This document shows, in pieces, positions 45,358 to 50,984 of a stretch of 50,984 bases of DNA. The position numbers and the translations under genes were made by a program. Under the pieces are notes generated by a model. That model was not told where the DNA came from. It worked only from the letters and a program-made list of their open reading frames with translations, and did not search any database. Each line of letters starts with the position of its first letter. The stretch's first letter is position 1. This stretch comes from Euryarchaeota archaeon UBA561 (lineage in GTDB: Archaea; Thermoplasmatota; Poseidoniia; Poseidoniales; Poseidoniaceae), in assembly GCA_002502295.1 (NCBI GenBank), contig DANX01000012.1:1-50984 (forward strand), given 5' to 3'.

Positions 45358-45549
45358 TCACCTCCATGGCGATCGCCCTGCTCGAGCGTTCATGAGCGAC
45401 GTCTTACCGGTCATTTGCCGGCGGTGGTCTTGAGACCAAGCCGACCCAAGTTGACGAGCAATTTGTCCCGGGTCCTCTCCGTCTGTTTGGGTTTCAGCCA
45501 ACACCGCAGCGATGGCCGCCATCATCAATTCAGACATGCTTTCTCCCAT
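45358..45549 (-). CDS. Small subunit-like protein, possibly acyl-CoA carboxylase epsilon-like
   Basis: 63 aa. MSELMMAAIAAVLAE...SAW...RSPWR resembles the ACC-epsilon pattern (..AA..AVL.....W.....WR). It is packed between the carboxyltransferase and BCCP genes. Confidence 0.4.
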   Translation of the reverse strand: MGESMSELMMAAIAAVLAETQTDGEDPGQIARQLGSAWSQDHRRQMTGKTSLMNARAGRSPWR

Positions 45550-45558
45550 AACGACGCC

Positions 45559-47115
45559 TCAGAGTGGAATGTTTCCGTGCTTGCGAGCAGGCCTGAGCTC
45601 TTCTTTGTCCATGAGCATCTCAAGGGCACGGCTCAAGCGCTGACGGGTCTGATTGGGTTCGATGACATCATCAAGATAACCCAGCGCCGCTGCTTTGTAG
45701 GGATTGGCAAACGTTTCTTTGAAATCATCGGTCAAGCGCTCCCGTTCCTGTTCAGGATTTCGAGCGTGGGCAATGCGTCGCCGGTGAATGATCTCGACCG
45801 CTCCGTCAGCACCCATCACAGCCAACTCCGCTGATGGCCATGCCACATTGTAATCTCCCCGAATGTGCTTGCTCGACATCACGTCATAGGCTCCGCCGTA
45901 GGCCTTGCGCAAAATCACCGTGAGTTTCGGCACGGTCGCCTCGGCAAACGCATAGAGCAACTTTGCGCCGTGTCGGATGATGCCGCCCCATTCTTGATTG
46001 GTTCCGGGGAGGAAACCTGGAACGTCTTCAAACGTCAAAAGAGGGATGTTGAAGGCATCACAAAAACGAACGAATCTGGCGGCTTTGTCGCTGGCATCAA
46101 TGTCGAGACATCCAGCGAGAACCTTTGGCTGATTGGCCACAACACCAACGGTATGTCCACCAAGGTGACCGAAACCAATCACGATGTTTTGTGCCCACTC
46201 GGCTTGGACTTCCATGAAACCGCCGTCATCAAGCACTTCGCTGATGACGTCCAATACATCGTAAGGCTTGAAGGGGTCATCGGGAATGATGGAGTCAAGC
46301 CCATCGCATGAACGATCCTTGCTGTCTGAAGTTTTCTTGGTGGGCGGGCGTTCAAGGTTGTTTGGAGGAAGGAGGTCGCACAAATCCCTTGCCATTTGGA
46401 TGGCGTGTTCGTCATCGCTGGCGGTGAAATGGGACACGCCTGACTTGGAACCATGTGTGGAGGCACCTCCAAGGTCTTCGAAGCTGACCACTTCATTGGT
46501 AACCGTTTTGATGACCTCCGGACCGGTGATGAACATGTGGGCTGTTTGGTCAACCATGATGACAAAATCAGTGATGGCGGGAGAATAGACGGCACCGCCT
46601 GCACACGGACCCATGATGACTGAGATTTGTGGAACGACGCCAGAAGCACGAACATTGCGGAAGAAAATCTCAGCATACGAACCCAAGGAGGCCACGCCTT
46701 CCTGAATTCGAGCACCACCCGAGTCGTTCATGCCAATGACGGGACGGCCGGTTTTGAGGGCCATATCGAGGACCTTGCAAATCTTGAGGCCGTGCATCTC
46801 ACCAAGCGAACCGCCATACACTGTGAAGTCCTGAGCAAAAGCAAACACTTCCCGGCCGTTGATGGTCCCGTGTCCGGTGACCACACCGTCCCCGGGGATG
46901 ACGTTCTTGTCCATGTCAAAATCACGGCAACGATGTTCAACAAGTGCGTCAATCTCTTGGAAACTTCCGTCGTCGAGGAGCAACTCAAGGCGCTCACGTG
47001 CCGTCATCTTTCCACGGTTGTGTTGGGCATCAACACGGGCTTGACCGCCGCCGGCTTCGCTCCTGGCCTTACGATTTCGCAGGTCCTTGAGACGCTCATC
47101 TGTACCAGACATCAA
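45559..47115 (-). CDS. Acyl-CoA carboxyltransferase (propionyl-CoA carboxylase beta / methylmalonyl-CoA decarboxylase alpha / transcarboxylase 12S family)
   Basis: 518 aa. Contains [59 protein letters not shown] and AYGGAY. Confidence 0.9.
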   Translation of the reverse strand: MMSGTDERLKDLRNRKARSEAGGGQARVDAQHNRGKMTARERLELLLDDGSFQEIDALVEHRCRDFDMDKNVIPGDGVVTGHGTINGREVFAFAQDFTVYGGSLGEMHGLKICKVLDMALKTGRPVIGMNDSGGARIQEGVASLGSYAEIFFRNVRASGVVPQISVIMGPCAGGAVYSPAITDFVIMVDQTAHMFITGPEVIKTVTNEVVSFEDLGGASTHGSKSGVSHFTASDDEHAIQMARDLCDLLPPNNLERPPTKKTSDSKDRSCDGLDSIIPDDPFKPYDVLDVISEVLDDGGFMEVQAEWAQNIVIGFGHLGGHTVGVVANQPKVLAGCLDIDASDKAARFVRFCDAFNIPLLTFEDVPGFLPGTNQEWGGIIRHGAKLLYAFAEATVPKLTVILRKAYGGAYDVMSSKHIRGDYNVAWPSAELAVMGADGAVEIIHRRRIAHARNPEQERERLTDDFKETFANPYKAAALGYLDDVIEPNQTRQRLSRALEMLMDKEELRPARKHGNIPL

Positions 47116-47219
47116 CTTCCCCGTGTTGTTCTTGTCCCAAGCCGCATTTATTGGTTGCTCTCTGCATGAACCGAAGAATCATGTTCTTACCGTAGCCAGG
47201 GCACTCGGCAAAGTTCCCT

Positions 47220-48062
47220 TTAAGCAAGCGTTTTCCTGGGTGATTCGTGTTCCAATATACCGTCGATCAAAATCATGTGAGGCACGGTCAATGCGGCCAA
47301 GCCAATGAAGACCACCCGAAGGAGAGCAGGCTCAAACCCAATGGAAGCCGATTGTTGGCTGAAGACCAACAAACCCGCACCCCACGTGAGAAGTGAAAAG
47401 ACAAGCGTGGTTTGAGTGACTCTGAATTTTGAGATAGTTGGAGACAGCGTAGTTTTCATGTTTGAGAAATGGCGGAAAGAATGTACAAAGCAAAAATAGA
47501 TGGCAAAGCCGACCAACGGTGCCGCCAAGATGAACAAGGTTGAGAGCAAGATCATTTCCACAACAAAACCCAGTCGTTCCTTTCGCTGTTTAAACACCAA
47601 CACTTCCATCATGGAAAAGAGGGTTATGACAAGCATGATGTCCAGAAAAACCCAGATCATTGTGGTTGATGAACCGACGAGTGTGAGAAAGACTTCGTTG
47701 ACCTCTGTTCGGTGAGCTTGGCTGATTCCTGCGATAACAAGGCCGCCCCTGGCTACACTTTCGATGCGCTCTTGGCCAGCATCGTTGGATGTTGAATCGC
47801 CACGACCAAAATGAAGCAGACTTATTCCAAGAAAGCCAACAAAAATCAGCACGGGTGCGACCATCCAAGATCCAACAACCAGCAAAGCCAACCCGATATA
47901 TGACAGCAAAAAAAGAACGGCTTTTGATGGACGATTGAGCCAGCCAAAGTGCGCAGCGAGGGCTCCGTCCATTGCACCATGGGGGAGCCCGATGAAGACC
48001 ACTCCAAGAAGAGCGATCAGGTTCAGTGCTTCGGGTTCAATGAGGGAGGCAAGGAAGGTCAT
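47220..48062 (-). CDS. blh: Brp/Blh-family beta-carotene 15,15'-dioxygenase (retinal synthesis)
   Basis: 280 aa multi-TM protein with GLPHGAMDG near the N-terminus and later His residues (LLHFGRGD, VHSFRH, VPHMILID). Its start overlaps the crtY stop by 4 nt. Confidence 0.8.
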   Translation of the reverse strand: MTFLASLIEPEALNLIALLGVVFIGLPHGAMDGALAAHFGWLNRPSKAVLFLLSYIGLALLVVGSWMVAPVLIFVGFLGISLLHFGRGDSTSNDAGQERIESVARGGLVIAGISQAHRTEVNEVFLTLVGSSTTMIWVFLDIMLVITLFSMMEVLVFKQRKERLGFVVEMILLSTLFILAAPLVGFAIYFCFVHSFRHFSNMKTTLSPTISKFRVTQTTLVFSLLTWGAGLLVFSQQSASIGFEPALLRVVFIGLAALTVPHMILIDGILEHESPRKTLA

Positions 48063-49186
48063 GAGACCACCTTGTGAGGACGGCTAAACATCCACTTGGA
48101 GAACCCACGAATAAACGGCATTTTTGGCATGGCCCTCATGACTTTGAAACGGAGCCTCCAATTTGCTTGACCGGTCATAAATCGGATAAATTCCTCGCCT
48201 GACATGGCTTCCGCCATCCTGACGAAGAGGTGAGGACCGTGATTTGGCCAGTGCCTCAAAACGGTCAGGAGTATGGAATCCATCCAGACATCAACACGCT
48301 TGTGTGGGCGTTTGAAAACCAAGGGTTTTCCAGTTTTGGAACGCTCAATCCCATCCTGAATCTGCTGGTGAAGAAAAGCAAAGGTGTAGCCACTGGCTGG
48401 ACGGATTGCTCCCCCGTTTGCACCGAGCCCTGGAATGTCTGGGTCGTGAGGGCTGAGATTGCCCATGGGGATGACACCTTGCTCTTCGCGCACGATGTGG
48501 TCAATCGACGCACCGTAGTGGTCGAAGAGGTAGGATTCAATGGCTTCAACGTAATACGAGCGAGGCATCTTCTCGGTGCTAAACATGGTGGATTCAACAA
48601 GCGCACACGTGGGTGAAAATGGAAGGAGGTACATGAAATGCATACCGTGCGACTGATCGACGCGGAAGTCCATCAAAATGGCCTTCTCCGGATCAAAAAC
48701 AGGCGAACCCATCTCAACCTCCAGACCCACGAAGTGTTGGAGCATGGCGTTGGGTTGGGCTCGAGGAGGACGAGAATCAAAAAGCTGGTCTGCGTGAGTC
48801 TTCAGACCTTTTTGCTGGGTCATGAACTGCACGCCGAGGGCATCCGCCTTGCGACGGCAGGTCTCCAAGAACACGGCTTTGTGCATGGCATGATAGGGTT
48901 GGTGTTCGCTGGTCAACTCCGCCTGTTTTGCATCAGTAATGACCGCCCATGTCGACCATGAATGTCGAGAAAGTTCAGCAGCAAATTCAAGGCCAGGAGT
49001 GCCCCAAAAACCGAGCATGTGATCTTTGGCTTCCGGGGCTCCAGTTGGACGAAGAACGGAAAGCGAGTGCCCCTGCAACTCATCTACTCGGGAGGCCAGC
49101 ATCATGGCCGCACACCCATCACCCAGGACATGTGTTGTGCCGGTCAACCCCAACCGCCTCCTTGGTTGCTGTACGGTTTCAACCAC
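48059..49186 (-). CDS. crtY: Lycopene beta-cyclase (CrtY family)
   Basis: 375 aa. The N-terminal dinucleotide-binding-like VLGDGCAAMMLASR, then FMYLLPFS and GGAIRPASGY. The longest ORF overlaps crtB by 43 nt. An in-frame TTG at 49147 would give a TTGA stop/start overlap instead. Confidence 0.8.
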   Translation of the reverse strand: MVETVQQPRRRLGLTGTTHVLGDGCAAMMLASRVDELQGHSLSVLRPTGAPEAKDHMLGFWGTPGLEFAAELSRHSWSTWAVITDAKQAELTSEHQPYHAMHKAVFLETCRRKADALGVQFMTQQKGLKTHADQLFDSRPPRAQPNAMLQHFVGLEVEMGSPVFDPEKAILMDFRVDQSHGMHFMYLLPFSPTCALVESTMFSTEKMPRSYYVEAIESYLFDHYGASIDHIVREEQGVIPMGNLSPHDPDIPGLGANGGAIRPASGYTFAFLHQQIQDGIERSKTGKPLVFKRPHKRVDVWMDSILLTVLRHWPNHGPHLFVRMAEAMSGEEFIRFMTGQANWRLRFKVMRAMPKMPFIRGFSKWMFSRPHKVVS

Positions 49187-50094
49187 GTGTGAAGTTCAGC
49201 ATTGTGCGGGCGTCGCGGATGAGGCAAACGAGCAAGAAGGTTGGTGGTCGCTTTGATGGTGCACACCATTTTGCTGCGTTTTGATGTCACTTGGCGCCGA
49301 CCATGCCATGAGTCCTTTGACCGCAACAACTGCCGTCCAATTTGCCGATAGACTTTTGCAGCAACGCCAATCGAGAAATGGGCCCTTGCCGGCAGGTATG
49401 CGAGACCGCTTCGGCCACTTGTGTAGTACTGCTCAGCAAGAGCGAGAAGTCGTTCGACGGCGAGCGTGATAAGGACGCCATTATGGCCGTTCGGGTCATT
49501 GGCCGCTTCGACAATCTCGACAGGTGTGAGGTTGTCAACCCACGTTCCTGGCAGGTACCTACGTCCCATTTTTGCATCTTCTACAACGTCCCGTGCGATG
49601 TTTGTCAATTGCATGGCAATGCCGAGGTCTACTGCATGAAGCTTGGCACGTGGTTCATGGCAATTGAGAATGCTGCACATGAGCAAACCAACGGTTCCAG
49701 CCACCTTGTAGGCGTACTGAATCAAATCTTCTTCATCCTTCATCAACACCTCCGGTTCTTGGTCGTCCATCAGGCCCTCAACAAGCGAAGAAATAACGTC
49801 GGTCGGAAGGTCGTATGCTTGGACCATGGGTGAATGGTGCTTTAGCAAGGGATGCTGGCCCCAGCGCCCTTGCTTCAGGAGTCCTTGGATTTCAGCCAAG
49901 TGTTCGGGTCCATCCGGAATATCGCCGTCGGCCATGTCGTCAAGAACACGGCAAAAGGAGTAGAGCACCGCAGCATCGTGGCCCATCTTGCGGCCAAGAA
50001 AGCGGCGAGCCCAAAAAAAACTCTCACCACTGGTAGCAAGAATATATTCTGGGTTGTCGAGGTGATGTTCTTGAATCATCCTCTTCACTGTCAC
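49144..50094 (-). CDS. crtB: Phytoene synthase
   Basis: 316 aa. Contains SFFWARRFL, YSFCRVLDDMADG, YAYKVAGTVGLLM and QLTNIARDVVEDAKMGRRYLP. Confidence 0.9.
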   Translation of the reverse strand: MTVKRMIQEHHLDNPEYILATSGESFFWARRFLGRKMGHDAAVLYSFCRVLDDMADGDIPDGPEHLAEIQGLLKQGRWGQHPLLKHHSPMVQAYDLPTDVISSLVEGLMDDQEPEVLMKDEEDLIQYAYKVAGTVGLLMCSILNCHEPRAKLHAVDLGIAMQLTNIARDVVEDAKMGRRYLPGTWVDNLTPVEIVEAANDPNGHNGVLITLAVERLLALAEQYYTSGRSGLAYLPARAHFSIGVAAKVYRQIGRQLLRSKDSWHGRRQVTSKRSKMVCTIKATTNLLARLPHPRRPHNAELHTWLKPYSNQGGGWG

Positions 50095-50194
50095 AGAAAC
50101 CCTTCTTTTTGTTTATAACAAGTTGTTTTTTTTTGGCGTTGTTTTCTTACAACATGAAGCATACATTATCAAGGAAGAGAAGACAGGCATCTGC
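50095..50194. promoter_or_regulatory. Bidirectional crtB / crtI promoter region (AT-rich, TATA-like boxes, TTGTT repeats)
   Basis: TTTATAA at 50112-50118 lies about 20 nt from the crtB ATG. ATACATTAT at 50161-50169 lies about 27 nt from the crtI ATG, so both mRNAs may be leaderless. There is a T9 run at 50126-50134. Inverted repeats are TTGTT-TAT-AACAA (50109-50121) and GTTGT-TTTCTT-ACAAC (50138-50153). Confidence 0.45.
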
Positions 50195-50984
50195 ATGGCT
50201 GCTCCATCAAACACTGCGAAAAAAGCCGCTGTGATTGGGAGTGGATTTGGAGGGCTCGGCGCTGCCATTCGATTGCAATCGGCCGGCATCAAAACGGTTC
50301 TCTACGAAGCGAGGGATCTCCCAGGCGGTAGAGCTTATGTCTACGAAGATGAAGGGTACATCTTTGACGCAGGCCCCACGGTCATCACGGCACCCCATAC
50401 GCTAACAGAATTGTTTGACTTAAGCGGAAGAAAGCTCGAGGATTACATCCATTTGATGGAAGTTCAACCGATGTATCGATTGATTTGGAGCGATGGAGAC
50501 CGCTTTGACTATGTGCGAGACGAAGCCACCATGGTCGCTCAAATCGCCGAGCGAAGCCAAGATGACGCTGACGGATATCAGAGATTTTTTCAGTATGCAA
50601 AGAAGGTATTCGACAAAGGATACACGGAACTGGCCGACCGTCCGTTTTTGAGGTTTTCAGACATGGTGGCAGTCTCACCATCGCTCATCGGATTGCGAGC
50701 AGACCGATCGGTCTACAAAACGGTAGCAAAATACGTCAAGGACGACCACTTGCGACAGGCCTTAAGCTTCCATTCCCTCTTGGTGGGCGGAAATCCGTTT
50801 CAGACTTCCTCCATCTACACCCTCATCCATTTTTTGGAGCGAGAATGGGGAGTGTATTTCCCGCAAGGAGGGACGCATGCTCTGGTCAGAACGTTGGTGA
50901 AGTTGTTTGAAGAATTGGGCGGAGAATTGCGCTTGTCCACACCGGTGAAGTCCGTTGATGTGCAGGGAAAAGCGCCCGATGTCA
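50195..50984 (+). CDS. crtI: Phytoene desaturase CrtI, N-terminal 263 codons (runs off the right edge)
   Basis: Manual translation gives MAAPSNTAKKAAVIGSGFGGLGAAIRLQSAGIKTVLYEARDLPGGRAYVY..DAGPTVIT... The GxGxxG FAD fold and CrtI-typical motifs are present. It is open to the window end and not in the ORF track. Confidence 0.9.
   Translation, partial: MAAPSNTAKKAAVIGSGFGGLGAAIRLQSAGIKTVLYEARDLPGGRAYVYEDEGYIFDAGPTVITAPHTLTELFDLSGRKLEDYIHLMEVQPMYRLIWSDGDRFDYVRDEATMVAQIAERSQDDADGYQRFFQYAKKVFDKGYTELADRPFLRFSDMVAVSPSLIGLRADRSVYKTVAKYVKDDHLRQALSFHSLLVGGNPFQTSSIYTLIHFLEREWGVYFPQGGTHALVRTLVKLFEELGGELRLSTPVKSVDVQGKAPDV

Noticed and set aside
44932-45834. 300-aa plus-strand ORF
   Set aside because: It is antisense to the BCCP, epsilon-like and carboxyltransferase genes, all of which have strong family motifs.
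50207-50681. Two minus-strand ORFs (63 and 98 aa) near the right edge
   Set aside because: They are antisense to the clearly recognisable crtI coding sequence, which runs off the window.

Overview
This is a very gene-dense (about 90% coding), mostly housekeeping chromosomal segment of an archaeon. It is most likely a marine planktonic euryarchaeote of the Marine Group II / Poseidoniales type. That assignment is an inference from two things. First, archaeal core genes are present: aCPSF1 beta-CASP RNase, proteasome beta, eS1/S3Ae, PurP, a PdaD-like protein, ZPR1, archaeal-type TrpRS, a DUF54-like protein and COG1340-type coiled-coil proteins. Second, they sit alongside a crtI / crtB-crtY-blh retinal pathway, bacterial-type PlsC, ThyA-FolA and Ni-SOD/SodX, and huge Asp-rich Ca-binding surface proteins. 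I call about 55 CDS; two run off the window edges and one is a 34-aa ORF absent from the ORF track. There are two tRNAs, Lys-CUU and Pro-UGG, both with encoded CCA. I see no rRNA, CRISPR array, transposase, integrase or recognisable defence island. Many neighbouring genes overlap by 4 nt (ATGA/GTGA), and several track ORFs carry spurious N-terminal extensions that I trimmed. The points most worth a second look are: (1) a translationally coupled coiled-coil / coiled-coil / GNAT block followed by Roadblock-LC7 and a COG1340 coiled-coil gene, with three coiled-coil paralogues sharing a C-terminal LL[AS][GD]xxL motif; (2) a DtxR-family repressor coupled to an uncharacterised 523-aa membrane protein; (3) three surface proteins sharing an Asp-rich Ca-binding stalk, including a 1351-aa protein in which nine perfect 27-aa repeats sit in register inside a 33-aa repeat array; (4) an unannotated 34-aa double-CPxCG zinc-ribbon microprotein; (5) eS1 fused to an acidic linker plus a SAP/HeH-like domain; (6) a PdaD-like protein apparently lacking the pyruvoyl-forming serine; (7) a structured 74-nt spacer just upstream of the aCPSF1 gene. 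All family calls come from motif recognition by eye. No database search was run.
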